64,000 nucleotides of DNA from contig OY970280.1 of the NCBI GenBank assembly GCA_963715865.1, forward strand, positions 736,001-800,000. The letters are read 5' to 3'. The stretch comes from Candidatus Bathyarchaeota archaeon. GTDB lineage: Archaea; Thermoproteota; Bathyarchaeia; Bathyarchaeales; Bathycorpusculaceae. Below, piece after piece: positions 8,235 through 18,190 of the stretch. Below the pieces are notes generated by a model. It saw only the letters and a program-made list of their open reading frames with translations. It was not told the origin of the DNA and did no database searches. The stretch's first letter is position 1. Every line of letters begins with the position of its first letter. The position numbers and the translations under genes were made by a program.

Positions 8235-10010
8235 TTAACTTTTGATAATGCTTCCTAATTGTTCAAAGTTTACTTTTCCTTCAAAGTACTTATGCAATTG
8301 CTTTGGTAAGTCTTTGATTGCGCAACGGACTTGCTGCCAAGAATCCCGGTCTCGTATGGTTACTGTGTCATCGCTTAACGTATCATAGTCAATGGTTATT
8401 CCCAATTGAACGCCAGCTTCGTCAGCTCTTGCGTACCGTCTGCCGATGGAGCCTGTTTCGTCAAATTCAACCATGAAACCCTCATTCGCCAGCAACCTTT
8501 GCACTTCCGACGCTTTAGTGTCTAAGCCGTCTTTGCTCATTAAGGGGTAAACGCCAACTTGCACTGGTGCAATACTTCTGGGAAAACTCATGACAACTCG
8601 GTCGTCTTTAATGCCGTAAGCGTACTCTAATGCCACGTAAAAGAGCCTGTCAGAGCCAAAACTGGGTTCTACCACGTGCGGTATGAAGCGGGTGCCGCGG
8701 ACAATAGTTTTTTGACGGCTAATGTCCACTTGCTCAGGTTTGACTTCATAGTTTTCAACCATAAAGTAACCTTGCTTTTGCATGGCATCAGCAACCTCTT
8801 GGGCAGGAACTTTAGCAAGCAGCGCAGCAACTTTTGAGGCTTCATTCTTGTATACTGGACCAAGCTTAGCCATAATGGGCTTCACGACAAGCTCTTCTTT
8901 TTCCACTGGATTAGCGTATTCTTTGTAAACGCTCATGTCAACACCGCTGGCTTTCATATGGCATGACAAATCGTAATCTGTGCGGTAAGCGTGTCCGGAG
9001 ACTTCTACCCAGCCCCAACGGTCAACTAGGACCTCTTGGTCGAAGCTCTGGCTCGAGTAATGCGCTTTTTCCCAAGTAAGTTTTTCGATGAACCGCTGTT
9101 TCTCCGCTGGCACGCCAATTTCAATTAAGAGTTTTTTAGCCATCGCCATGAAAAAGGCTTGCCATTCTGAACGGATTATTTTCCGGTCAAGCGCTTCCCT
9201 AACCGTTAGGTCTGTTGTGTCCTCACATTCTTTAAGCCTTGTTTCGCATAGGAGAATGGGCAATACTTCGTTTTCCACTTCTGGAAGCAAATGGCAGCAT
9301 GGCTCTTCAGGGTCAAAGAAGAACTCTAAATCAGCAATCGTGAACTCTCTTAGCCTAATCAAGCCTTGCCTAGGCGAAATCTCATTACGCAAAGCGTGAC
9401 CTATCTGGATAACTCCAAAAGGAAGCCTTTCCCGTGCCACAGTGTAGAGGCGGTTGAACTCAACGAAAATATTTTGTGCAGCTTCAGGACGCCCATAACC
9501 AACCGCACTCGAGTAAGGTCCAATAGTGGTTTCAAACATTGTTAAGAACTGCTGTGGCTCTCCAAATTTGCCACCGCAGTCGGGGCATAAAATGCCATGG
9601 CGCTCGATTTCTTCTTTAATTTCGTTTAAAATCATTTTTTCAGCTTCAGCCGAGCTAATGCCTGCTTTTTCCTCAAGCAAATGGTCAGCTCGAAAACGAC
9701 CGTGACAGTTTTGGCATTCTACCATTGGCTCTTTGAAATGGTCCACGTGGCCTGACGCTTCGAAAACTTTTTCGGGCGCAATTACGGATGATTCCATTTC
9801 GTAAATCCCAATTTTTTTAACGAAAAGCTCTCTAAGCTTAGCCTCAATATTCTGTTTCAACCTTGCGCCAAGGGGACCGTAAGTTACAAAGCCGCCGCTA
9901 CCACCGTAAATTTCAAAAGACGGCCAATAAAATCCTCTGCGTCGCGCTAACTCGTTTATGGCAGTGAACTTATCGCATTCTGGTTTTGCACATTTTACTT
10001 CGTCGTTCAA
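8235..10010 (-). CDS. glyS: Glycine--tRNA ligase (archaeal/eukaryal type)
   Basis: RRGFYWPSFEIYGG, SGHVDHF, RPEAAQ, RNEISPRQGLIRLREF, HVVEPSFGSDR, GSIGRRYARADE; TTG start. Confidence 0.97.
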   Translation of the reverse strand: MNDEVKCAKPECDKFTAINELARRRGFYWPSFEIYGGSGGFVTYGPLGARLKQNIEAKLRELFVKKIGIYEMESSVIAPEKVFEASGHVDHFKEPMVECQNCHGRFRADHLLEEKAGISSAEAEKMILNEIKEEIERHGILCPDCGGKFGEPQQFLTMFETTIGPYSSAVGYGRPEAAQNIFVEFNRLYTVARERLPFGVIQIGHALRNEISPRQGLIRLREFTIADLEFFFDPEEPCCHLLPEVENEVLPILLCETRLKECEDTTDLTVREALDRKIIRSEWQAFFMAMAKKLLIEIGVPAEKQRFIEKLTWEKAHYSSQSFDQEVLVDRWGWVEVSGHAYRTDYDLSCHMKASGVDMSVYKEYANPVEKEELVVKPIMAKLGPVYKNEASKVAALLAKVPAQEVADAMQKQGYFMVENYEVKPEQVDISRQKTIVRGTRFIPHVVEPSFGSDRLFYVALEYAYGIKDDRVVMSFPRSIAPVQVGVYPLMSKDGLDTKASEVQRLLANEGFMVEFDETGSIGRRYARADEAGVQLGITIDYDTLSDDTVTIRDRDSWQQVRCAIKDLPKQLHKYFEGKVNFEQLGSIIKS

Positions 10011-10334
10011 TTTTGTTTACCTTTTTTAAGCTTAGTACTGTGAGTAGATTAAAAGGTTACTAACGAATTAGCATGGTTATTCAAGCGATAGAAAGCAAAA
10101 TTTTGGAATAGAGACGACGTTGCTTGGATTTTTTTTCCGCTTATTTTTAACTTAGTTGGAACAACCTTAGAGCATGCAATTTTTTTTAATACGTATGTCA
10201 GTGTCCTGAATTCGAAAAAAAAATTTATTAAATCTAGCGCTTGTTTGAAGGACTAGGCATAAATTTATAAATAAATTCAGGATAAATAATAACTCGGATA
10301 GATACTATCCATAAATTTAAGGAGAAAAAGAAAA

Positions 10335-13040
10335 ATGCAAAAGCTAAAAGGTAAAACTATGGCTATTATGATTGCAGTACTTTTAACAGTTTCAATGGGA
10401 GCTTCAACGATGCTAGTGCCAAATGCTGGTGCACATACACCAGCAGTGACATATCCGACATATTCTTTCATGAGCGTTTCACCAAACCCTGTTGGCGTAG
10501 GCCAAACAGTCCGCGTCAACTTCTGGGTCAACTTACCACCACCAACAGCGAGCGCACAGTACGGCGACAGATGGACAAACATGAGTGTTTATGTTACAGC
10601 GCCTGACGGGACCACTACCAAAATAGGTACATATACTTCGGATGACACAGGAGGAACATCAACTACCTACACGCCTACCGTAGTCGGCAACTACACTTTC
10701 CAGATGAAATTTGGTGGAGAAACATTGGCAGGCAACAACCTCTCTCCAGGGACTCCTACATCCGCTTACCCAGAAATTGGCGATTACTATGGACCTAGCG
10801 ACAGCAATGTATTTACGGTGACAGTGCAACAGGAACAAATATCTTATCCTCCAGTAGTTCCGCTTCCAACCAACTATTGGACTCGCCCGATTTACGGCGA
10901 GAACAACGGATGGTATTCAATTGCTGGAAACTGGCTTGGTCTTGCTGCCTCGACGTTTGCTGCTACTGGAATGTACAATGCTACTGGAAACTATAATCCG
11001 TATACTACAGCGCCAAACACTGCTCACATTCTGTGGACTAAGGCTGAGGCGTTCGGAGGCATAATCGGAGGAGAATTCGGCAGTAGCGAAACAGCTAACT
11101 ACTATGCGACTTCGCAGTATGAACCAAAGTTCGCACCGATAATCATGCAAGGCATTCTCTACTACACTTTGTATCCGGGCGCTTCAACTTACCCTGAAGG
11201 GTGGGTTGCAGTAGACTTGCACACTGGACAAACGTTATGGACGAAGACTGAAGCTCAAGTTAACGGTGAGGTTTTAAGATGCGGTCAAATACTCAATATG
11301 ATCACACCCAACCAGTACGGAGCCGAAGCATTCTTGTGGGCTGAACCGGCAAGTGGAGCTGGCTTTATGGCTTCGCCTTCGTATTACTCGATGTACGATG
11401 CAATGACAGGAAACTGGATACTTAACATTACCAACGACTATATTCCTGGTGCCTACCCTGGCGAGCCATCAGCCTCAATCACACTTCCTTTAATGACACT
11501 TACAGAAGATAACCACGGAGACTTGATAGGCTACTACGTTGACTCCACTAACCCATATGCACCAACGCTGAACATGTGGAACTCAACCGTAGACATCAAT
11601 CTATATGTAGCTAACTACGCTGGCGGTCCACCAGTTGCAGATCAATGGATGTGGAGACCTCCACAAGGCGGACAAATCGCCTTTGTTAACGGAACTAAAG
11701 TATTGAGTGCACTGCCCATTGTAGACACTTCAGGCAATCCATTAGTTATCATGGAAAGCATGTTCGGTTATACTTTTCCTGCATATTTGCTAGGGATTTC
11801 AGCAGTTCAGAGCGGCGTAGTATACTTATCAGGATCAACTGCTGGTTCATCTTTCCTCTACCAATCTGGTTGGATGGAGGAAGCAGGCTTCAGTGCAACA
11901 GATGGCTCACTGCTATGGGGCGTAACTAATCGGACCGAAGTACCATATTCCATCGTATACTCTGGTGGCGTATGGTCTGGAAGCGGCGCTTACGTAGAAC
12001 TCACGGAATCCACACTGTCAATCAGCGGTTACAGTCTCACCACAGGCAAACAGCTATGGGGACCAACTGCGCTTCCAAACGCTAGTCCCTTCAGTTCACT
12101 CGGAGCAAACGCTATTGTCGCTAATGGCTCAATTTACATATGGATGTACGGAGGAGACGTTTATTCCTATAACATCGTTACTGGCGCTAAGAACTGGGAA
12201 TATCACACTCCACCAGGCGGCTACGAATCTCCCTATGGTGTAGAACCCATATGGACTTTCACCGTAGGATCAATCGCTGATGGCAAGCTGTTCGTTCCTG
12301 AAGGTCACATGTACAGTCCGCCACTATTCCACAAAGCGCAGCAGCTAGCGTTGAATCTCACTAACGGCAAGGTAGTATGGAGTATTGATGCTTTCGACGT
12401 TACTAGTGGTCCAGCTATTTCAGACGGCGTCATGACAACGCTAAATGCCTATGACAACCAGATATACGCCTATGGCAAAGGACCGAGCGCTATGACTGTT
12501 ACGGCACCTGACATTGGCGTTACAACCGCCACACCAGTGACGATAAGAGGTACAGTTACTGACATCTCTGCCGGCTCACAACAAGAAGCACAAGCAGCGA
12601 ACTTTCCAAGCGGTCTTCCATGCGTATCTGACGCAAGCATGACTGGTTGGATGGAGTACGTTTACATGCAGCAACCCTGCCCAACAAACGTGACTGGTGT
12701 TCCAGTTACCCTAAGCGTTCTTGACTCTAACCACAACTACAGACAAATCGGCAGCACAACAAGCGACGGAACCGGCATGTTCACTTTCACTTGGACACCT
12801 GACATACCCGGCGATTATACTGTAGTCGCTAACTTTGCAGGTTCCGAGTCGTACTATCCATCGAACGCCGAAACATCTTTCACTGCAAGCAGTCCAGCAC
12901 CAACAGCAGCACCAACCGTTGTACCTCAAGCAAACCTAGCAACAACAACAGACCTAATGACGTACATGGTCGCTTCAGTAATCGCTATAATCATTGCAAT
13001 AGCCATAGTCGGCATACTACTGCTCAGAAAAAGGCCATAA
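10335..13040 (+). CDS. Large secreted PQQ-like beta-propeller surface protein with Ig-like domains and C-terminal TM anchor
   Basis: Signal peptide; repeated W-containing propeller blades (DLHTGQTLW, TGKQLW, TGAKNW, TNGKVVW); S/T/P linker; TM followed by RKRP. Confidence 0.8.
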   Translation: MQKLKGKTMAIMIAVLLTVSMGASTMLVPNAGAHTPAVTYPTYSFMSVSPNPVGVGQTVRVNFWVNLPPPTASAQYGDRWTNMSVYVTAPDGTTTKIGTYTSDDTGGTSTTYTPTVVGNYTFQMKFGGETLAGNNLSPGTPTSAYPEIGDYYGPSDSNVFTVTVQQEQISYPPVVPLPTNYWTRPIYGENNGWYSIAGNWLGLAASTFAATGMYNATGNYNPYTTAPNTAHILWTKAEAFGGIIGGEFGSSETANYYATSQYEPKFAPIIMQGILYYTLYPGASTYPEGWVAVDLHTGQTLWTKTEAQVNGEVLRCGQILNMITPNQYGAEAFLWAEPASGAGFMASPSYYSMYDAMTGNWILNITNDYIPGAYPGEPSASITLPLMTLTEDNHGDLIGYYVDSTNPYAPTLNMWNSTVDINLYVANYAGGPPVADQWMWRPPQGGQIAFVNGTKVLSALPIVDTSGNPLVIMESMFGYTFPAYLLGISAVQSGVVYLSGSTAGSSFLYQSGWMEEAGFSATDGSLLWGVTNRTEVPYSIVYSGGVWSGSGAYVELTESTLSISGYSLTTGKQLWGPTALPNASPFSSLGANAIVANGSIYIWMYGGDVYSYNIVTGAKNWEYHTPPGGYESPYGVEPIWTFTVGSIADGKLFVPEGHMYSPPLFHKAQQLALNLTNGKVVWSIDAFDVTSGPAISDGVMTTLNAYDNQIYAYGKGPSAMTVTAPDIGVTTATPVTIRGTVTDISAGSQQEAQAANFPSGLPCVSDASMTGWMEYVYMQQPCPTNVTGVPVTLSVLDSNHNYRQIGSTTSDGTGMFTFTWTPDIPGDYTVVANFAGSESYYPSNAETSFTASSPAPTAAPTVVPQANLATTTDLMTYMVASVIAIIIAIAIVGILLLRKRP

Positions 13041-13085
13041 AAAACAAGCAATAAACCAATCCCTTTTTCCTTTTTTTGTTTTTAA
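13041..13085 (+). terminator. Oligo-T archaeal terminator
   Basis: CCCTTTTTCCTTTTTTTGTTTTT shortly after the stop. Similar C-then-T tracts follow cdvB (about 2715-2740, minus strand), ssb (about 17415-17436, minus strand) and the dockerin gene. Confidence 0.55.
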
Positions 13086-13190
13086 ATAAATTCTCAATTA
13101 ACTATTGCTGATTACGCAAACTTCTCAAACATGTCCTTCCCACTCCAATTTCTTGGAAACGCTTAAAACTATCTGTTGATATTTTAGCGG

Positions 13191-14588
13191 TTGAATAGGA
13201 GAAATGGTCTTTTGGTCTCGGCAGAAAAAGGCAAACTTACAGTTGATGAGTTACTTGCGAAAGCCAAAAAGCCTGCGCAGTTAGCTTCTTCAATGCACAG
13301 GTTTTATGAGGGAAAGATGCAGGTTATTCCTAAATGCGCTGTTAGAAACGTGGATGATTTTGCCATTTGGTATACTCCAGGAGTGGCTGCGCCGTGCCGG
13401 GAAATCCAGGCAGACCCTGACAAATCGTTTGAGTTAACAAACCGCTGGAATTACGTAGCAGTGATTTCAGATGGAACCCGTGTTTTAGGTTTAGGCGACA
13501 TTGGCCCTGAAGCGGCGTTGCCCGTGATGGAGGGAAAAGCACTTTTATTCAAGTATTTAGGCGGCGTTGACGCGTTCCCCATCTGCCTTAGAACAAAAGA
13601 TCCAAACGAAATAGTTAAGATTTGTAAAGCTCTTGAGCCGTCTTTCGGCGGCATTAACCTTGAAGATATTGAGAAACCGAAATGTTTTCATGTTCTTGAG
13701 AAAACCCGTGAACAGCTAAACATTCCTGTTTGGCATGACGACCAGCAGGGAACCGCCACTGTAATCTTGGCTGGCTTGATTAACGCTTTCAAAATCGTAG
13801 GCAAAAAACCACAAGAAAGCCTAATAACACTGGTTGGTTCTGGAGCAGCAAACATTAGGACTGCTTATGTCCTCATGCGATGGGGGGTTAAACCAGGCAA
13901 CATAACACTTGTTGATAGCAAAGGTGTCATTCATAAAAACAGAAAAGACATCACCAAAGAAGAAGACCCATGGAAATACGATGTTACGCAGAAAACTAAC
14001 GCTGAAGGCAGAACCGGCGACCTAGCAGAAGCATTCAAAGGAGTAGACGCTGTCGTGGCTGCTTCAAAACCAGGTCCAGGCACAATAAAGAAAGAATGGA
14101 TTAAAACAATGTCAAATGATTCAATAATCTTTGCATGCGCTAATCCAATACCAGAAATTTGGCCATGGGACGCCGAGGAAGCAGGAGCCCGAATTGTAGC
14201 TACAGGTAGAAGCGACTTTCCCAATCAAGTGAACAATAGCCTAGGATTTCCAGGAATTTTCCGAGGCGTCTTAGACGTGAAGGCAAAAACTGTAACAGAT
14301 GACATGTGTATTGCAGCAGCGCAGGAACTGGCAAATTACGCTCAAGAACGTGGAATAAGTGAAAAGGATATTTTGCCGAGAATGGACGAGTGGGAAGTTT
14401 TTCCCAGAGAAGCGGTTGCATGCGCATTAAAATCAATCGAGCAAGGTGTAGCACGGGTTAAGCTTAGTAAGAAAGAATTGTATGAGCGCGCTTCCGCCAT
14501 TATTCAGAATGCTAGGCAATCAACTGAGTTATTGATGAAGCATGGTTTAATTAGGCAGCCTCCAACAGAAGCCGACCTTTTGAAATAA
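13191..14588 (+). CDS. NAD(P)-dependent malic enzyme
   Basis: YTPGVA, DGTRVLGLGDIGP, MEGKALLFK, GINLEDI, HDDQQGT, ANPIPEI, TGRSDFPNQVNN. Confidence 0.95.
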   Translation: MNRRNGLLVSAEKGKLTVDELLAKAKKPAQLASSMHRFYEGKMQVIPKCAVRNVDDFAIWYTPGVAAPCREIQADPDKSFELTNRWNYVAVISDGTRVLGLGDIGPEAALPVMEGKALLFKYLGGVDAFPICLRTKDPNEIVKICKALEPSFGGINLEDIEKPKCFHVLEKTREQLNIPVWHDDQQGTATVILAGLINAFKIVGKKPQESLITLVGSGAANIRTAYVLMRWGVKPGNITLVDSKGVIHKNRKDITKEEDPWKYDVTQKTNAEGRTGDLAEAFKGVDAVVAASKPGPGTIKKEWIKTMSNDSIIFACANPIPEIWPWDAEEAGARIVATGRSDFPNQVNNSLGFPGIFRGVLDVKAKTVTDDMCIAAAQELANYAQERGISEKDILPRMDEWEVFPREAVACALKSIEQGVARVKLSKKELYERASAIIQNARQSTELLMKHGLIRQPPTEADLLK

Positions 14589-14693
14589 TTCGGCACGGAA
14601 AAAATCCTGCCTATTTTTTCTTTAAAATTTAGAGGTAAATATGGAAAGTTATTTAAGGGTAAATTTGAAGTAGTGAAGAAAAGTGAATAACGT

Positions 14694-15278
14694 ATGCGTT
14701 CAGATTATACACTATATGCATTAGCAGTTGTATTCTTTGCGATAACCATAGTTTCTGCGGTTTCGCTTACAGGAACAGACCAAACCATCTGGATTGTAAC
14801 CTCAGGCTTGTTAGGAATCCTTTCCCTCAGCTTAGGCTTCATTCAAAGACCAAAATCTACAACGCAAACTAACCAGCCGTCACCAACGCCGGCAACAGCA
14901 ACGCCAGCACCCCAACCGACAGAAACTGCAACGCTTGACACCCCAAAAGAAGAAGAAAAAATGCCTCCTCAAACAGTTCCAGCTACTGAAGCTCAAGTAA
15001 TTCAAGAGTCAGTAGTCACTGCGGTGCAGCCTGCAATGCCTGAACCTCCAGCCAACACAGTATCTTCCGGAGAAGCCAACGAGCCTTCAGTGGGGTCTGT
15101 TTTAACTGAGGTCAGTGGAATTGGAGAAAAAAGAGCAAGTCAACTTAAAGCTTTAGGCATAAACAATGTTGATGATTTGGCGAAAGCGTCAGTTGAAGAC
15201 TTAGCTAAGAGTTTGAAGGTTTCACCTAAAATCGTAGCTAAATGGGTTGCAAGTGCAAAACAGCTTTTACAAAAATAA
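14694..15278 (+). CDS. Membrane-anchored helix-hairpin-helix protein
   Basis: Two N-terminal TM helices, P/T/E-rich linker, C-terminal LTEVSGIGEKRASQLKALGI HhH. Confidence 0.75.
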   Translation: MRSDYTLYALAVVFFAITIVSAVSLTGTDQTIWIVTSGLLGILSLSLGFIQRPKSTTQTNQPSPTPATATPAPQPTETATLDTPKEEEKMPPQTVPATEAQVIQESVVTAVQPAMPEPPANTVSSGEANEPSVGSVLTEVSGIGEKRASQLKALGINNVDDLAKASVEDLAKSLKVSPKIVAKWVASAKQLLQK

Positions 15279-15289
15279 AAAATTTGAGT

Positions 15290-15559
15290 TTAAAGCGGCG
15301 TTATTTTTATTATATTTCTTTTTTCAAGCCTTCGCAGTGCGTCTAAGCACTCGTCTTTTTTCTCGCCAGTAATGTTAAGGTTAAGCATTATGTCTTTAAC
15401 TGTAACTCCGGGTTTGCCAAAATTTTCATGCCGCTTGTAGAGGTGACGGACAATCGATTTTTCAAGTTTACCGCATCGCCAAGTAGTGTTGCGGATTAAA
15501 ACAACGATGGTTCGGACAAGTGTCTGCTCGTTTGATTTTCTTCCACGGGAATCTCCCAT
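15290..15559 (-). CDS. Small basic hypothetical protein, possible winged helix
   Basis: ATG 15559 with GGTGGGGAG upstream; ends DALRRLEKRNIIKI. The upstream part of the 164-aa track ORF overlaps rimI and is probably spurious. Confidence 0.6.
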   Translation of the reverse strand: MGDSRGRKSNEQTLVRTIVVLIRNTTWRCGKLEKSIVRHLYKRHENFGKPGVTVKDIMLNLNITGEKKDECLDALRRLEKRNIIKITPL

Positions 15560-15651
15560 CTCTCCCCACCACAAGAAGTAAACTGCATCATGGTTTTTAA
15601 ACGTTTGTTCCTCAGTGGAGTGAGGGCTGTAATTTGGGGAGAAGCGATTTT

Positions 15652-16101
15652 TTATAGGGTTTTTTTGAGGTATAAACCGTGGGTTTTGCCGTAGTATTTT
15701 TCTAGTCTGCCGATTTTTTGGTATCCGCTGTTTTGGTAGAGTTTTAACGCGGCTTTGTTGTCTTCGCGGACTTCTAAGTGGCATTCTGTTATACCTTTCT
15801 GTTTGAAGATGTCTTCTATTTCCTTGAGCAGTTTAGTTGCGATTCCTTTTCGCCGGTAGTGTGGCGCAACGTTTATGGTTATTATGTGCCCGTAAAGTAT
15901 GTTATTTTCTATTTCTACTTGTGCTATTACGAATCCTGCTATGTCGCTGTCTGCTTTGGCTACTAACGCGATGGTGTTGTAGTCTGTTAGTAAGTAGGCT
16001 ATTTGCCGTTTTGTGAAGGCTTCTTGGTCAAAGCATTGCCCTTCAATTTCAAAGAGCTTGTCGAGTAGCCTGATGGATGCGGTTTCAATTTTTATTTCCA
16101 T
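15652..16101 (-). CDS. rimI: RimI-like GNAT N-acetyltransferase
   Basis: HIITINVAPHYRRKGIA, LEVREDNKAALKLYQNSGY, KYYG. Confidence 0.88.
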   Translation of the reverse strand: MEIKIETASIRLLDKLFEIEGQCFDQEAFTKRQIAYLLTDYNTIALVAKADSDIAGFVIAQVEIENNILYGHIITINVAPHYRRKGIATKLLKEIEDIFKQKGITECHLEVREDNKAALKLYQNSGYQKIGRLEKYYGKTHGLYLKKTL

Positions 16102-16120
16102 TTTGTAGTCTTAAGAGTAA

Positions 16121-17323
16121 TTAGGGTTGAGGGTTGATTTTAGTTTTTTCTGTGTTTGCCGCGGCTGAAATTGCTGGCTTTAGTTCAAGCCATTGCTGGG
16201 CTGCAAAGCCTATGAAAAAGCGGAACCATAGTGTTATTATTCTTGTTAGTATGGTGGCTGTGGCGGCTAAAGGTCCGTATATGCCCATTGAAATGTAAAG
16301 GGTAGTCATTACGGCTTCTGGAAGCCCAACTTCGAACGGTATACCTATAGGTATCGCTTTGACGGCTAAGAATATGGCTGAAGTGACGATGATTATGCTC
16401 CATGAAACTGGGTGTCCAAGTGACATGAAGACAAGGTATGGTATGCTTAAGCTGAAAAACCAAGATATAATCAAATAGAATAATGAGCCAGCTATGGCTT
16501 TTGGATTATGCCTGAACTCTTTCATTGCGTCGTGGAAGTGCTCTGTTATTTCGACTGTTTGTTCCTTCAAATTTGCCAGTTTCCATTTGCCCATAGTGAT
16601 TTTATGTGCAAGATTGGTTGTAAAATTGATAACTTTTAATGTCCATTGCTGCTTGAAACCTAAAACAATCATTAAACCGATTATGCCTATTATTGCTGCG
16701 GCAACTAGTATGATTGCGTTGAAGATTAAGGGGTTAACGTTTCCGCCGAAGGTAAGCAAGATTATCCCTGCAACTAGGGCAACAACGTTTAATGCCATGC
16801 CGAGAAGCCTGTGTGTAAAAAGTGAAGCTACTACTTTACCGAATGAGCCGCATTTGTCTCTTGTGCACAGGTACGTGCGGGTTACTTCTCCGCTTATGGA
16901 TTGTGCTGGAACGATGGTGTCAACGTAGATGCCGTACCAAACGTAAAGGTAAGCTCTAAAAATCGATAGTTTGATGGAGAGATAGTTGGTTAACACGTGC
17001 CAAGAAATCGTGAAAAACAACACGTCTAGCAGACCGAATATTATGGCTATTGAGTAGATGGTTGGGTCGGCGCTTTTTGCAGTGGCTAATATGCCTAAAA
17101 TGTCAACATGGAACAGGTAAATGTAGAGGAAGAAACCCAGTAAACCTAGCAGTGGAAAAAGCACTGTCTTCCAAGTTAATTTTGGTTTAGGCGATTCCAT
17201 TTTGGTTTTTTGCACCCAACGTAAACCGTGAGATATGCGTATGCGATTATATACTTTGTCCAAATCCATGCTTTCTTTGCTAAAGAAGTGTGTTCTCCAG
17301 CTGTTGGAGAAAGCGCACACCAA
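16121..17323 (-). CDS. UPF0104 / flippase-like (lysylphosphatidylglycerol synthase TM region) membrane protein
   Basis: Polytopic; DTIVPAQSISGE, IPIGIPFEVGLPE, TRIITLW. Real start may be ATG 17269 or 17200. Confidence 0.8.
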   Translation of the reverse strand: MVCAFSNSWRTHFFSKESMDLDKVYNRIRISHGLRWVQKTKMESPKPKLTWKTVLFPLLGLLGFFLYIYLFHVDILGILATAKSADPTIYSIAIIFGLLDVLFFTISWHVLTNYLSIKLSIFRAYLYVWYGIYVDTIVPAQSISGEVTRTYLCTRDKCGSFGKVVASLFTHRLLGMALNVVALVAGIILLTFGGNVNPLIFNAIILVAAAIIGIIGLMIVLGFKQQWTLKVINFTTNLAHKITMGKWKLANLKEQTVEITEHFHDAMKEFRHNPKAIAGSLFYLIISWFFSLSIPYLVFMSLGHPVSWSIIIVTSAIFLAVKAIPIGIPFEVGLPEAVMTTLYISMGIYGPLAATATILTRIITLWFRFFIGFAAQQWLELKPAISAAANTEKTKINPQP

Positions 17324-17460
17324 AAAGGTTAGACAACCAACCTAAAATTCAGGGATAGCCAATACTGAAATTACCCCTTTCCATAAGAAATATTATTACT
17401 TAAATTAAGAATTATAAAAAGCAAAAAAGGAAAAAATTGATCTTTTCAACGCTTGAAGCT

Positions 17461-18006
17461 TTAGTATCTTGGTCTGTAACCGCCGCCAGAGCCTCTTCGG
17501 TCTCTGTCTCTGCTGCCGCCGCCGTAACCGCCGCCGCCACGCCTATCTCTACCGCCGTACCCACCGCCGCCTCCGAATCCTCTGCCGCCGCCTCTGAATG
17601 GTCGTCTTTCTTGCTCGTATGTTTTGCTGGACACGTTGTTTTCTGTGTTCACTTCTACGGTTAGGGGTTCTTTTGCTGGTTCAAGTTTGCCGTATTTGCC
17701 GATGTTTAGGCGTATGTTGCCTTTGAATAGGGTTACATAACCGTTTTCTACGCGGATAGTGTCGCCTTCGTTGACCTTTTCGATGTTGTCATCCCAGAGT
17801 GTCACGTATACTACGCCTGTTTCGTCGCCGACCAGTGCGTCGCTTACTTTGTGGGGGGATCCGTCTCTTCCCATTGGGATTTCGCGGATTTCTGTCTTGG
17901 ATACTACTTTGGCCGTAACGTTAACCGCTCTTGATTGTGGGGTTAAGTCGCCGACTTTTGCTTCTACTGGTTGCTTTTTGTTGTCGAAAAAACCTTCAAC
18001 AGCCAA
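17461..18006 (-). CDS. ssb: Single-stranded DNA-binding protein (single OB fold, crenarchaeal type) with Gly/Arg tail
   Basis: KVGDL, V.VTAKV, VGDETG.V..TLW, IRVENGYV..FKG...LNIGKYG; TTG start. Confidence 0.9.
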   Translation of the reverse strand: MAVEGFFDNKKQPVEAKVGDLTPQSRAVNVTAKVVSKTEIREIPMGRDGSPHKVSDALVGDETGVVYVTLWDDNIEKVNEGDTIRVENGYVTLFKGNIRLNIGKYGKLEPAKEPLTVEVNTENNVSSKTYEQERRPFRGGGRGFGGGGGYGGRDRRGGGGYGGGSRDRDRRGSGGGYRPRY

Positions 18007-18190
18007 TTGGTTCTACATCCTAGTTTTTAATCTAAGAAAAACTACATTTTCTCTACACTTAAGTGTTTCGCTTTAACAATTTTATTTTTTTAGTGTTCTT
18101 CATTTTAATAAGTTTACATTGCATTATATTTGCGAGAAAAATTTTAGATAAAGGTCGCTGATTTTTTAAAGTTAGGACTAAGTTAATTGT

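Noticed and set aside
15560-15784. N-terminal extension of the 164-aa ORF
   Set aside because: Overlaps rimI out of frame; a good RBS and ATG exist at 15559.
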